DNA of 64,000 nt from an uncultured delta proteobacterium (GCA_963771175.1 CAVYSY010000032.1:416001-480000), one strand, 5' to 3'. Shown: positions 24,316 to 34,643, counted from the first letter of the stretch. Program-made: numbers and translations. The notes: a model not told the origin generated them from the sequence alone.

Positions 24316-25116
24316 TCACATGCCCATGGCCTGGAGCATGAGACCGGAGCCGAGCAACGACTGGCCTCCGTCGCACACCATGATGGAGCCGGTGATGTAC
24401 GAGGCCGCATCCGACGCGAGGAAAAGCGCGAGTTGCGCGATGTCCTGCTTGGTACCGAAGCGCTGCAGGGGCAGGGCCTGGATGAGCTTCTGGCGGACGT
24501 CGTCGCCGGGGGCGAGCCGGCGCATGCCCTCGGTGTCGTCGATGGGGCCGGGGGTGATGGAGTTGAGGCGCACGCCCGCCCCACCCCACTCGATGGCCAG
24601 GGTGCGAGTGAGCATGTCCACGCCGGCCTTGGCGGCGCAGACGTGGGCCTGCATGGCCATGGGCAGGTAGGCCTGGGGCGCGGAGATGTTGATGATGGAG
24701 GCGCCCGGCTTGCGCAGGTGCTCGAAGGCGGCGCGGCACGCGTTGAAGGTGCCGAGCACGTCGATCTCCAGCACCGACTTGAAGCCGTTGGAGGACATGC
24801 CGATCGCCGGAGCGGGGAAGTTGCCGGCCGCGCCGCACACGAGGATGTCGAGCTCCCCATACGCGTCACGAGCCGCCTGGAAGCTCTTCTCCACGGCCTC
24901 GTAGTTGCGCACGTCCGCGGACACGCCCATGGCGGTGCCGTGGGCCTGGAGCCCCTTCACGGCGGCCTCCAGCTTCTCCACGTTGCGGCCGTTGATGACC
25001 ACCTTGGCGCCCGCCTTCACGAACGCCTCGGCGATACCGAGGTTGATGCCGCTGCTACCGCCGGTGACGAACGCCACCTTGCCTTGGAGCAGCCCCGGCT
25101 TGAACACGTCTGCCAT
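24316..25116 (-). CDS. SDR oxidoreductase, peroxisomal-type 2,4-dienoyl-CoA reductase (DECR2/SPS19-like)
   Basis: TGGSSGIN, CGAAGNF, QAHVCAAKAGVD (lacks YxxxK tyrosine) and PGPIDDTEG. Confidence 0.85.
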   Translation of the reverse strand: MADVFKPGLLQGKVAFVTGGSSGINLGIAEAFVKAGAKVVINGRNVEKLEAAVKGLQAHGTAMGVSADVRNYEAVEKSFQAARDAYGELDILVCGAAGNFPAPAIGMSSNGFKSVLEIDVLGTFNACRAAFEHLRKPGASIINISAPQAYLPMAMQAHVCAAKAGVDMLTRTLAIEWGGAGVRLNSITPGPIDDTEGMRRLAPGDDVRQKLIQALPLQRFGTKQDIAQLALFLASDAASYITGSIMVCDGGQSLLGSGLMLQAMGM

Positions 25117-25121
25117 GTGAT

Positions 25122-25949
25122 TCATCTCCCCTGGAAGCGCGGAGGCCGCCGCTCGGCGAACGCGGCGAAAGCCTCAGCGAGATCATTCGACTGAAGGAAG
25201 GCGGAGTTCCACACCGCCACGTAGCGCAGGCCGTCCGCCACGGACTTGTCCGCGCAATACTCCATCACCTGCTTGGCCCCCTGGACGACGAGCGGCGGAT
25301 TGTCGGCGATCTTCCGCGCGGTGGCGCGCGCCGCGGTCAGCAGCTCCTCGGGGGTGGCGAAGACCTGGTTCACCAGGCCCATCTGGAGGGCGCGGTCCGC
25401 GTCGATGTCCCCGCCGGTATAGGCGAGCTCGCGGGTGTTCCCCTCGCCAATGATGCGCGGCAGCCGCTGCAGCGCGCCGAGGTCCGCGGTGATGCCCACG
25501 CGCACCTCGCGCAGGGAGAACTTCGCCTCCCGCGAGCAGTAGCGGAAGTCGCACGCGGCGATGAGGTCGATGCCGCCGCCAATGCACCAGCCGTGCACCG
25601 CCGCCAGCACCGGCTTGCGGCAACGGGCGAGGCCCTCGGTGGCGGCCTGCATCTTCTCGATGAGTTGGAGCAGCTTCGTGCGTTCCAGCGCGAGGTTGCC
25701 CTCCCCCAGCAGCAGCGGCCCGAGCGACTCCATCATCGCCATCAGGTCCAGACCGTAGGAGAAGTGGGCGCCGTCGCCGCGCAGGAGGATGACGCGCACC
25801 GACTCATCCGCGTCGAGCGCCCGGAGTGCCTCGGGCATCTCGCGCCAGAAGTCCGGCCCGAGCGCATTGCCCTTACCGGGGCCGGTGAGCACCACCTCGG
25901 CGATGCCATCCGCCTGCTCGATGCGAAGAGACTGGTATGCCGCCGTCAT
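25122..25949 (-). CDS. crotonase family, delta3,5-delta2,4-dienoyl-CoA isomerase (ECH1-like)
   Basis: FSYGLDL, HGWCIGGGIDLIAACDFRYC and REVRVGITADLGALQRLPRIIG. Confidence 0.85.
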   Translation of the reverse strand: MTAAYQSLRIEQADGIAEVVLTGPGKGNALGPDFWREMPEALRALDADESVRVILLRGDGAHFSYGLDLMAMMESLGPLLLGEGNLALERTKLLQLIEKMQAATEGLARCRKPVLAAVHGWCIGGGIDLIAACDFRYCSREAKFSLREVRVGITADLGALQRLPRIIGEGNTRELAYTGGDIDADRALQMGLVNQVFATPEELLTAARATARKIADNPPLVVQGAKQVMEYCADKSVADGLRYVAVWNSAFLQSNDLAEAFAAFAERRPPRFQGR

Positions 25950-26022
25950 TCAGGCCCTCCCTCGCGGGGTGAGGGCGCCACTTGAGCAGAACGGGTGGGC
26001 AGCGTCCACGCCCGCGACGGGC

Positions 26023-29000
26023 TCAGCCGAACTCGACCACCTTCATGCCGAAGAGCCGCTCCACCGCGAGGATGAGGTCGTCGTCCACCTGCACCTTGAG
26101 CGCGATGTTGCCGATGAGGGCCTCGGCCTCGTTGGTGAACAGCAGGCTCACCGCCATCGGCGTGGCGCCGGCGTACTTCTTGGCGAGCTCCGCCAGCTTC
26201 GCCATCCGGTCCTCCGTGGCGAGGTCCACCGGCAGCCGCAGCTCCAGCCGCTTGGTGCGCTTCTCGCGCACGGCCTTGAGGCTCTGGATGTCCTCGACGA
26301 TGAGCTCCGCCACCGGCGTGTCCTCGTCGCGCTGGTTGATTTGAACGGTGCCCGTCACGAGGATGGGGTCATCGCTCTTGAGCAGCTGCTCCCAGTGCTC
26401 GAAGCCGGGCTTGGGCCCCGACTTCGTCCACTTGCCGTCCTTGCCCATGACGTTCCGGGTGCCGTCCTTGCCCGGGAAGCACACCAGCTCGAGGGAGCCG
26501 GACAGGTCCTCCAGCGTCACCCACGCCATGCGCTTGCCCGTCTTGGTGGGCCGCTCGCGCAGCGCCGCCACGACGCCGGCGATGGTGAGCTTCTCGTCCT
26601 TGCGCGCGCGCGCCACCGCGGTGATGGGCCGCGCGTAGCGCTTGAGCTCCTTGTCGTACTGGTGCAGCGGGTGGCCCGACACGTAGAAGCCGATGGCCTC
26701 CTTCTCCAGGGAGAGGCGCTCCTTCTCCGGCCACTCCTCCACCTGGACGTAGTCGTCCTTCGTCGCGCCGCCACCCGACCCGCCGCCTCCGAGCATGCCG
26801 AACAGCGAGCTCTGCCCCGCGGCCTTGTCCTTCTGGCTGCTGGAGCCGCGGCCCATCGCGCGCTCGATGCTCTCGAAGATCTGGCGCCGCGGGCGATTCT
26901 CGAAGTCGAAGGAGCCCGCCTTCACCAGCGCTTCCAGCACCTTCCGGTTCACCTTCCGCGAATCCACGCGCTCGCAGAAGTCGAACAGGCTCTTGAAGGG
27001 CCCTTCCTTACGGGCCTCGACGATGGCCTCGATGGCGCCCTCGCCCACGCCCTTGATGGCACCCAGGCCGAAGCGGATCTTCCCCTCCACCGCGCCGAAG
27101 GCCATGTCCGACTGGTTCACGTCCGGCGGCAGCACCTGCACGCCCGACTGGCGCGCCTCGCCGATGTGCAGCACCACCTTGTCGGTGTTTTCCTTCTCAC
27201 TCGTGAGAAGGGCCGCCATGAACTCCACGCGGTAGTGCGCCTTGAGCCACGCCGTGTGGATGGTGACCAGGCCGTAGGCCGCGGAGTGGCTCTTGTTGAA
27301 GCCGTACTCGGCGAACTTCTCCATGAGGTCGAAGATTTCACCGGCGACCTTGAGGTCGACGTTGTTGTTCTTGCAGCCCTCGAGGAAGCCGGCCCGCTCG
27401 GCCTGCATGACCTCGGCCTTCTTCTTGCCCATCGCGCGGCGCAGCAGGTCCGCGCGGCCCAGGGTGTAGCCTCCCAGCACCTGGGAGATCTGCATCACCT
27501 GTTCCTGGTAGACGATGACGCCGTAGGTGTCCTTGAGGACGGGCTCCAGCGCGGGGTGCGGGTACACCACCGGCTCGCGGCCGTGCTTGCGGTTGATGAA
27601 GACGTCCACCATGCCCGAGTCGAGCGGACCCGGGCGATAGAGCGCGCCGGCGGCGACGACGTCCTCGAAGCAGGACGGCTTGAGCTTCATCACCATTTCG
27701 GTGAAGCCGCTGGACTCCATCTGGAAGACGCCGGCCGTGTCGCCCTCGGCCATCAGCTTCCAGACCTCCGCGTCACCCTGCAGCGGGATGTCCTCGCGCA
27801 GGATGGGCTTGCCGCCCGGAGGGTTGCGGTTGATGAGGTTGAGCGCGTTCTGGATGACGGTGAGCGTCTTGAGGCCGAGGAAGTCGAACTTCACCAGGCC
27901 CGCGGCCTCCACCTCGTCCTTGGCGAACTGGGTGATGAGGAAGCTCTCCCCCGGGGGCTGATAGGTGGGGACGAACTCCCACAGCGGCTTGTCGGCGATG
28001 ACGACGCCGGCCGCGTGCATGCCGGGCTGGCGGTGCAGGCCCTCCAGCGCGAGGGAGATTTCCAGCACGTCCTTGGTGGTGACGTCCTTGCCGTCCACCT
28101 GCCCGATGGCGGTGGGCTTCTCCATCATCTCCTTGAGGCGCGGCTCCTGCTCGATGGCCTCCTTGAGGGTGATGCCGAGCACCTCGGGCACCAGCTTGGC
28201 GATGCGGTCACCCTCGCTGAAGGGCAGCGCGAACACGCGGCACACGTCGCGCAGCACGCTCTTGGCCTTGAGCGAGCCGAAGGTGATGATCTGCCCGACG
28301 TTGTTCTCGCCGTACTTGCGACCCACGTACTTGATGACCTCCTCGCGCCGGTCCTGGCAGAAGTCGACGTCGAAGTCGGGCATCGAGACGCGCTCAGGGT
28401 TGAGGAAGCGCTCGAAGAGGAGGTTGTACGGCAGCGGGTCCAGGTCGGTGATGCGCAGGCAGTAGGCCACCAGCGAACCGGCGCCCGAGCCACGGCCCGG
28501 CCCCACGGGGATGCCGTGCTCCTTCGCCCAGTTGATGAAGTCCTGGACGATGAGGAAGTAGCCGCTGAAGCCCATCTTCTTGATGACGCCCAGCTCCAGC
28601 TCCAGACGGGCCTTGTAGGGCTCGCGGTCCACGGGAGGCTGGTTCGCGCGGTAGCGCGCCAGGTCGATTTCCTTGAAGCGCTCCTCGAGGTTCTTGCGCG
28701 CCAGCTCCACCATGAAGCTGTCGGCGTCATAGCCCTCGGGCACCTGGAAGGTGGGCAGCATGGGCTTGCCCAGCTTCAGCTCCAGGTTGATCTGCTCGAC
28801 GATGCGCTGGGTGTTGTGGACGGCCTCGGGCGTGTCCTTGAAGTACTCCAGCATCTCCTGGGGGCTCGTGACGTAGAGCTTGTCCGTGGAGTGCTTCATG
28901 CGCTTGCCGTCGGCGAGCGTCTTGCCGCTGGCGATGCACATGAGGAGCTCGTGTGCGCGCGCGTCCTCACGCTTGATGTAGTGCGCGTCCGCGGTGGCGC

Positions 29001-29595
29001 ACAGCGGGACGTCGATGTCCCGGCTGAGCTGCTTGAGGTTTTCGTTGGCCTTCTCCTGCTCGGGCATCCCGTTGGACTGCACCTCGAGGAAGAACTGGCC
29101 GGGCTCGAAGATCTCCTTGTACTCGAGCGCCGCCCTGCGGGCGTGGTCCATGTCCCCGCGGAAGGCCGCGCCGGTGACCTCGCCACCCAGGCACGCGGTG
29201 AGCGCGAAGAGGCCCTTGCTGTGGTTCTTGAGGAGCTGCTTGTCGATGCGCGGGTGGTAGTAGAAGCCCTCGCGGTAGGCCATGGACGAGAGGTACTTGA
29301 GGTTGTCGTACCCGTCCTTGTTCTTGGCCAGCAGGATGAGGTGGTGGCCCACCTTCTCCGTGCGGTCCTGCCTCCCCTTGGGGCCGGCGACGTAGGTCTC
29401 CATGCCGATGATCGGCTTGATGCCCGCGTCCTTGGCCTTCTTGTAGAAGTCGATGGTGGCGAACATGTTGCCGTGATCCGTCACGGCCACGCTCGTCATC
29501 CCCTTCTCCTTCACCGTCTTGATGAGGTCCTTCATCCGGATCGCCCCATCGAGGAGCGAGTACAGGGAGTGCAGATGGAGATGGGTAAAGGACAT
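26023..29595 (-). CDS. dnaE: DNA polymerase III subunit alpha
   Basis: FTHLHLHSLYSLLDG PHP start, GPGRGSGAGS, ERVSMPDFDVDF, KFDFLGL, YGFNKSH and OB fold; no intein. Confidence 0.98.
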   Translation of the reverse strand: MSFTHLHLHSLYSLLDGAIRMKDLIKTVKEKGMTSVAVTDHGNMFATIDFYKKAKDAGIKPIIGMETYVAGPKGRQDRTEKVGHHLILLAKNKDGYDNLKYLSSMAYREGFYYHPRIDKQLLKNHSKGLFALTACLGGEVTGAAFRGDMDHARRAALEYKEIFEPGQFFLEVQSNGMPEQEKANENLKQLSRDIDVPLCATADAHYIKREDARAHELLMCIASGKTLADGKRMKHSTDKLYVTSPQEMLEYFKDTPEAVHNTQRIVEQINLELKLGKPMLPTFQVPEGYDADSFMVELARKNLEERFKEIDLARYRANQPPVDREPYKARLELELGVIKKMGFSGYFLIVQDFINWAKEHGIPVGPGRGSGAGSLVAYCLRITDLDPLPYNLLFERFLNPERVSMPDFDVDFCQDRREEVIKYVGRKYGENNVGQIITFGSLKAKSVLRDVCRVFALPFSEGDRIAKLVPEVLGITLKEAIEQEPRLKEMMEKPTAIGQVDGKDVTTKDVLEISLALEGLHRQPGMHAAGVVIADKPLWEFVPTYQPPGESFLITQFAKDEVEAAGLVKFDFLGLKTLTVIQNALNLINRNPPGGKPILREDIPLQGDAEVWKLMAEGDTAGVFQMESSGFTEMVMKLKPSCFEDVVAAGALYRPGPLDSGMVDVFINRKHGREPVVYPHPALEPVLKDTYGVIVYQEQVMQISQVLGGYTLGRADLLRRAMGKKKAEVMQAERAGFLEGCKNNNVDLKVAGEIFDLMEKFAEYGFNKSHSAAYGLVTIHTAWLKAHYRVEFMAALLTSEKENTDKVVLHIGEARQSGVQVLPPDVNQSDMAFGAVEGKIRFGLGAIKGVGEGAIEAIVEARKEGPFKSLFDFCERVDSRKVNRKVLEALVKAGSFDFENRPRRQIFESIERAMGRGSSSQKDKAAGQSSLFGMLGGGGSGGGATKDDYVQVEEWPEKERLSLEKEAIGFYVSGHPLHQYDKELKRYARPITAVARARKDEKLTIAGVVAALRERPTKTGKRMAWVTLEDLSGSLELVCFPGKDGTRNVMGKDGKWTKSGPKPGFEHWEQLLKSDDPILVTGTVQINQRDEDTPVAELIVEDIQSLKAVREKRTKRLELRLPVDLATEDRMAKLAELAKKYAGATPMAVSLLFTNEAEALIGNIALKVQVDDDLILAVERLFGMKVVEFG

Positions 29596-29968
29596 GGCTC
29601 GAAAGTAGTCAGGAAGAGGGGCTACAGCATCACAATTGTTCAGGGTCGGGGCGCTCGCCAGTTCCCGTCCGGGCAATGCGACCGGGGCCGGAAAATCGGC
29701 CTCGGCGCGTTGTGGCATGCCCCATACGGGCCGTGAAGGAGCCATCAGGTCGGGCAGCACACAGCCTGCCACCTGGGGTGGGCTCCGGGCGCTCGCCGGG
29801 TCGGTCGCTGGGGAGGCGGGCCCCGCGGAGGGCTCCCGCGCGGGCTTCACACTTCTTTACGCCACGCACAAGCGCCCGAAATGGGCCCCTCGCATCCTGT
29901 GAACCGTCGCCGATTGTCGGCGTCCTCGGACAGAGAGCGGGGCCTTCGAGGCCCCTGGAGCATACGCC

Positions 29969-30442
29969 ATGACCACGAAGAACAAGATCCTCGTCGCCGG
30001 TTCCGCCGTCCTCGCCTTCGTCCTCCTGACGGGCTTCCGCGGCGGGCACATGGGCTGGGGCGGCCCGCGCGACCCCGAGCGCGTGAAGCAGATGATCTCC
30101 TGGAAGGTGGATGACCGCCTGGACGAGCTGAAGGCCACCGACGCCCAGAAGCAGGCCATCCACGGGCTGAAGGACTCGCTCTTCGAGGACGGCAAGCGCC
30201 TCTTCGAGGAGCAGAAGGGAGCCCGGACCGAGATGTTGAACCAGTGGGAGTCGCCCAACCCGGACGCCAAGGCCGTGCACGCCCTGGTGGACGCGCGCCT
30301 GGACGCCTTCCGCGCCTTCGCCCACAAGGTGGCGGACGCCGCGCTGGAGGCCCACCGCATCCTCACCCCGGAGCAGCGGAAGCAGGTCACCGCCGAGGTC
30401 CGTGAGCACATGGAGGCCCGTGGGCACATGAACGGTCGCTAG
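29969..30442 (+). CDS. Spy/CpxP-like periplasmic helical protein
   Basis: Signal peptide, LKATDAQK and ILTPEQR (LTXXQ) motifs. Confidence 0.8.
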   Translation: MTTKNKILVAGSAVLAFVLLTGFRGGHMGWGGPRDPERVKQMISWKVDDRLDELKATDAQKQAIHGLKDSLFEDGKRLFEEQKGARTEMLNQWESPNPDAKAVHALVDARLDAFRAFAHKVADAALEAHRILTPEQRKQVTAEVREHMEARGHMNGR

Positions 30443-30539
30443 CACTCATTCGCACCCGATAGCCCGCGGATGCACACATTGAGGGCTATCGGGTGCAGCG
30501 CCCCCTCCGGGGCACGTCTTCTGTGAGTACCCTGGAGGG

Positions 30540-31337
30540 GTGACCCAGAACTACGCAGAGTACGCCCGCCGCATCCGCGGCTACTTCGAGATCGCCGATG
30601 TGAACGAGTACGCCCGAGTCGTGGAGGGGGATGTCGAGTACCCACTCTTCCGGCTCATGGTGCCCGGCGAACGTTGGCTGGTCATCACCTCGGGCTTCCA
30701 CGGCGAGGAGCCCGCCGGCCCGCTCACGCTGGCGCACTACTTCGCCGACATCGCCGCCTACGCCCGCGAGCGCGACGTGGGCCTGCGCGTGTACCCGTGC
30801 ATCAACCCCTCGGGCTTCGAGGACGGCACCCGCTACAACCGCAGCGGAGAGAAGCCCAACAACGACTTCATGCGCTACGAGACGTCCCCCGGCGAGTGGA
30901 AGGGCGAGCTGCCGCGCGACGAGCCCTTCCTGCGCTGGGCGCTCTACGACGGCGGCCCCAAGGAGACGCGCGCAGTGCGCTCGGACATCGCGCGCTACCC
31001 CGCTCCCGCCGCCGCGCTGGACATCCACCAGGACAACTATCTGCCGGGTGCCGCTACCTACGCCTATACCTTCGGGGACAAGAGCGCCTACCGGCCCCTC
31101 ATGGAGGCCGCCTCGGTGCACGCCCGCGTCATCCGCGACGAGAAGGTGGACGAGCACAACCGCACCGACCCGGACGGCCTCATCGAGTACCACGATGGAA
31201 GCGTCACCGATTACTTCATGCGCAGCGGCGTGCTCTACACCGCGGCGTTGGAGACGACCACCCGGACTCCGCTAGAAGCCTGCCACGCCATCAACCTCAT
31301 CTGGATTCGCGGCTTCATCGACCTGGCCGCGCGCTGA
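30540..31337 (+). CDS. M14-like zinc peptidase/deacylase (succinylglutamate desuccinylase/aspartoacylase superfamily)
   Basis: SGFHGEE, CINPSGF...TRYN, LDIHQD and LET motifs; GGAGG then GTG start. Confidence 0.75.
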   Translation: MTQNYAEYARRIRGYFEIADVNEYARVVEGDVEYPLFRLMVPGERWLVITSGFHGEEPAGPLTLAHYFADIAAYARERDVGLRVYPCINPSGFEDGTRYNRSGEKPNNDFMRYETSPGEWKGELPRDEPFLRWALYDGGPKETRAVRSDIARYPAPAAALDIHQDNYLPGAATYAYTFGDKSAYRPLMEAASVHARVIRDEKVDEHNRTDPDGLIEYHDGSVTDYFMRSGVLYTAALETTTRTPLEACHAINLIWIRGFIDLAAR

Positions 31338-31342
31338 AGCAC

Positions 31343-31378
31343 CGGGGAGCTCCACTTGCCACCAGCGGGGGCTCCCCG
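31343..31378. terminator. hairpin after the M14 gene
   Basis: CGGGGAGCTCC...GGGGCTCCCCG. Confidence 0.35.
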
Positions 31379-31457
31379 CACACTGCATCCTTCGATAAGT
31401 GTCCTCGACGCTCGTGCGGGAGCGCCAGGGTCGGGCGCACTCGCCTGGAGGAATGCC

Positions 31458-33044
31458 GTGAGGCGCTGGAATGGTTGGGGACACGCCGCCGTCAGCCACC
31501 CGCTGCCGGACTCGGCCGCCGCCGTCCTGGCGGAGCGGGTGGGCGCGGGCACTCCGCCCCGTGATGCCACGCTGAACGAAGTGCTGGCCTCGGTGCCTCC
31601 CTCCCGGCTGCCACCCCACCCGCTCGTCTCCACCGAGCCAGAGGTCCGCCTGCGCCATGCGCGCGGGCAGAGCTTCCCCGACCTCGTCGTCCTGCGCGGT
31701 GGGCGCGTGCCGGCCTTCCCCGACGGTGTCGCCCTTCCCCGTAGCTCCGAGGAGGTGCGCACTCTCTTCGACTACGCGCGCGAGGCGGGCGCCCGCATCA
31801 TCCCGTACGGCGGAGGCACCAGCGTCGTCGGCCACGTCAACGTCGAGCCCGGTGATGCCCCCATCCTCACCGTCTCCCTGGAGCGCCTCCATCAACTCCA
31901 CTCGCTCTCCGAGGAGGATCGGCTGGCCACCTTCGGCGCCGGCGTGAGTGGCCCCCGGCTCGAAGAAACGCTGAATGCGCGCGGCTACACGCTCGGGCAC
32001 TTCCCGCAGTCCTTCGAGCTGTCCACGCTCGGCGGGTGGATCGTCACCCGCTCGCGCGGCCAGCAGTCACTCGGGTACGGGCGCATCGAGAACCTGTTCG
32101 CCGGAGGGCGGCTCGAGTCCCCCGCCGGAACCGTGGTGCTGCCCACCTTCCCCGCCAGCTCCACCGGGCCGGAGGTGCGCGAGCTCGTCCTCGGCTCGGA
32201 GGGGCGCATGGGCATCCTCACCGAGGCCACGGTGCGCATCACTCCCGTGCCCGAGCGGGAGGACTTCCACGCCCTCTTCTTCCCCGACTGGGAGCGGGCC
32301 CGCACCGCCGTGCGCGAGCTGGTGCAGAGCGGCGCACCGTTCTCCATGCTGCGCCTGAGCACCTCCGAGGAGACGGCCATCAACCTCGCGCTGGCCGGCC
32401 ATCCGCGCATGGTGGGGCTGCTGTCCGGAGCGCTCTCGCTGCGCGGGGTGGGCGCGAACGGCTGCATGCTGGTGCTCGGCCTGTCCGGGAGCGAGCGCGC
32501 CGTGGCGCATGGGTGGCGGACGGCCCTGGACATCACGGGCAACCACGGCGCGGTGCGCATGCCCCTGCTGGGACAGAAGTGGCTCGAGGGCCGCTTCCGG
32601 GCACCCTACTTCCGCAACGCCGCCTGGGAGCGCGGCTGGGGCGTGGACACCGTGGAGACGGCGACGAACTGGAGCAACGTGCCTCGGCTGCTCGCGGCCG
32701 TCGAGGACGCTCTGCGTGGGGCCCTGGCGGATCGGAGCGAGCGGGTCCTCGCCTTCACGCACCTGTCCCACGTGTACGCGACCGGCTCCAACCTCTACAC
32801 CACGTTCGTCTTCCGCCTGGGCCCCGATGCCGAGGAGACCCACGCCCGCTGGCGCGCACTCAAGACGGCCGCCAGCCGCGCCATGGTCGCCCACGGCGGA
32901 ACCATCAGCCACCAGCACGGCGTGGGCACGGACCACCGGCCCTATCTGGAGGCGGAGAAGGGGCCACTCGGCATCTCCGCCATCCGCAACGTGCTGGGAG
33001 CATTCGATCCAACGGGCCTGCTCAATCCGGGCAAGCTCGTCTGA
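31458..33044 (+). CDS. FAD-binding oxidoreductase, alkyl-dihydroxyacetonephosphate synthase-like
   Basis: IPYGGGTSV, GHFPQSFELSTLGGW, GSEGRMG, HLSHVY, ISHQHGVG and LNPGK; GGAGG then GTG 31458. Confidence 0.88.
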   Translation: MRRWNGWGHAAVSHPLPDSAAAVLAERVGAGTPPRDATLNEVLASVPPSRLPPHPLVSTEPEVRLRHARGQSFPDLVVLRGGRVPAFPDGVALPRSSEEVRTLFDYAREAGARIIPYGGGTSVVGHVNVEPGDAPILTVSLERLHQLHSLSEEDRLATFGAGVSGPRLEETLNARGYTLGHFPQSFELSTLGGWIVTRSRGQQSLGYGRIENLFAGGRLESPAGTVVLPTFPASSTGPEVRELVLGSEGRMGILTEATVRITPVPEREDFHALFFPDWERARTAVRELVQSGAPFSMLRLSTSEETAINLALAGHPRMVGLLSGALSLRGVGANGCMLVLGLSGSERAVAHGWRTALDITGNHGAVRMPLLGQKWLEGRFRAPYFRNAAWERGWGVDTVETATNWSNVPRLLAAVEDALRGALADRSERVLAFTHLSHVYATGSNLYTTFVFRLGPDAEETHARWRALKTAASRAMVAHGGTISHQHGVGTDHRPYLEAEKGPLGISAIRNVLGAFDPTGLLNPGKLV

Positions 33045-33071
33045 CAAGCCGTCGGGGGGAGTCGCCACATC

Positions 33072-34643
33072 ATGTCCGCATCCACGCAACGCGAGGCGCT
33101 CTGGGGAGCACTCGCACGCCCCTGGGATTTGATCATCATCGGAGGAGGCATCACGGGTGCCTCGGTCCTCCGTGAGGCCACTCGCGCGGGCCTGAAGGCC
33201 CTGCTCGTCGAGCAGCGGGACTTCGCCTGGGGCACCTCCAGCCGCTCCACCAAGCTGGTCCACGGCGGCCTGCGCTACCTCGCGAGCGGCGACGTCCCCC
33301 TCGTCCGCCAGTCCATCCGCGAGCGCAAGCGGCTGATGGCCGAGGGCAACGGACTGGTGATGCCGCTCGACTTCATGCTCGCCACCCACCAGAAGGAGGG
33401 CGGCAAGCACTGGCAGGGCCGTGCCGGCATCTTCGTGTACGAGCTCCTCACCGGCAGGTGGCCTCGGGGCAACCACGACGGAAACCGGCTCCGCGAGCTG
33501 GTGCCCTCGCTCGTACAGGAGGAGGGGCTCCTCGGCGTGCCCTATGACGAGGCCTGGGTCGATGACGCGCGCCTCGTCCTGCGCATCCTCCGCGAGGCCG
33601 TGTCCGCGGGGGGCTCGGCGCTCAACTACGTGCGCGTCACCGGCCTGCTCCGAGAGGACGGCCGTGTAGCGGGCGTCGAGCTGCAGGACACCGTCGGCCA
33701 ACGCTCCACCACCGTCCGCGCCCGAGCCGTCGTCAACGCCACCGGCGTGTGGGCCGACCAGGTGCGCGCACACCTGTCCGCCGCGCCGAAGCTGCGCCCG
33801 CTGCGCGGCAGTCACCTCGTCTTCTCCTCCAGGCGCTTCCCCCTCACGCACGGCATCAGCTTCCGGCACCCACGCGACGGGCGCTTCGTGTGCGTCGTGC
33901 CCTGGGAGGACTCCACCCTCGTGGGGACCACGGACCTGGACCATGGCCCCTCACTGAACGAGGAGCCCGCCATCTCCGCCGAGGAGGTGGCCTACCTGAT
34001 GGAGGCAGTGGAGGCCCGGTTCCCCTCGCTCCAGCTCACCCGCGACGACGTGGTGTCGTGCTACGCCGGCGTGCGGCCCGTCATCTCCTCCGGCGCGAGC
34101 GACCCGTCCAAGGAGTCCCGCGAGCACCTCGTCCTCGAGGAGGAGGGGCTGGTCACCGTCACCGGCGGCAAGCTGACCACCTGCCGCGCCATCGCGCACG
34201 ATGCGCTGCGAGCCCTGCGGCGCCGGATTCCCGAGCTGGCCTCGTTGAAGTCGGACGGGCCCTTCCTCGACACTCCGCCGTCCCTGGAGGAGGTGCCCCT
34301 CGCTCCACCGGCCCGTCTGCGCCTGCGCGGGCGCTACGGAGCGGAGGCCGCCGCGCTGGTGGCCGAGGCCCGCCCCGGTGAGCTCGACTCCATCCCCGAC
34401 ACCTCCACCCTCTGGGCGGAACTGCGCTGGGCGGCCCGAAACGAGCAGGTCGTCCACCTGGATGACCTGCTGCTGCGGCGCGTGCGGCTGGGCCTGCTGT
34501 TGCCCAACGGAGGCGAGGCGCACCTGCCCGCCCTCGGCGCCCTCTGCCAGCAAGAGCTGGGCTGGGATGACACGCGCTGGGAATCCGAGACCCGGGCCTA
34601 CCTGACGCTCTGGCGTGCCCACTACGCCCTGCGTCAGACCTGA
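33072..34643 (+). CDS. glpD: FAD-dependent glycerol-3-phosphate dehydrogenase/oxidase
   Basis: IGGGITG, GTSSRSTKLVHGGLRYL, VNATGVWAD, GTTD and GGKLTT. Confidence 0.9.
   Translation: MSASTQREALWGALARPWDLIIIGGGITGASVLREATRAGLKALLVEQRDFAWGTSSRSTKLVHGGLRYLASGDVPLVRQSIRERKRLMAEGNGLVMPLDFMLATHQKEGGKHWQGRAGIFVYELLTGRWPRGNHDGNRLRELVPSLVQEEGLLGVPYDEAWVDDARLVLRILREAVSAGGSALNYVRVTGLLREDGRVAGVELQDTVGQRSTTVRARAVVNATGVWADQVRAHLSAAPKLRPLRGSHLVFSSRRFPLTHGISFRHPRDGRFVCVVPWEDSTLVGTTDLDHGPSLNEEPAISAEEVAYLMEAVEARFPSLQLTRDDVVSCYAGVRPVISSGASDPSKESREHLVLEEEGLVTVTGGKLTTCRAIAHDALRALRRRIPELASLKSDGPFLDTPPSLEEVPLAPPARLRLRGRYGAEAAALVAEARPGELDSIPDTSTLWAELRWAARNEQVVHLDDLLLRRVRLGLLLPNGGEAHLPALGALCQQELGWDDTRWESETRAYLTLWRAHYALRQT

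Noticed and set aside
26023..29595. Intein or split dnaE
   Set aside because: Continuous 1190-aa ORF of normal length with no splicing motifs.
25789..29736. 1315-aa antisense ORF (likewise 7129-9315, 18689-21649, 52262-55924, 58068-60053)
   Set aside because: Shadow ORFs of real genes caused by high-GC codon bias; no motifs.
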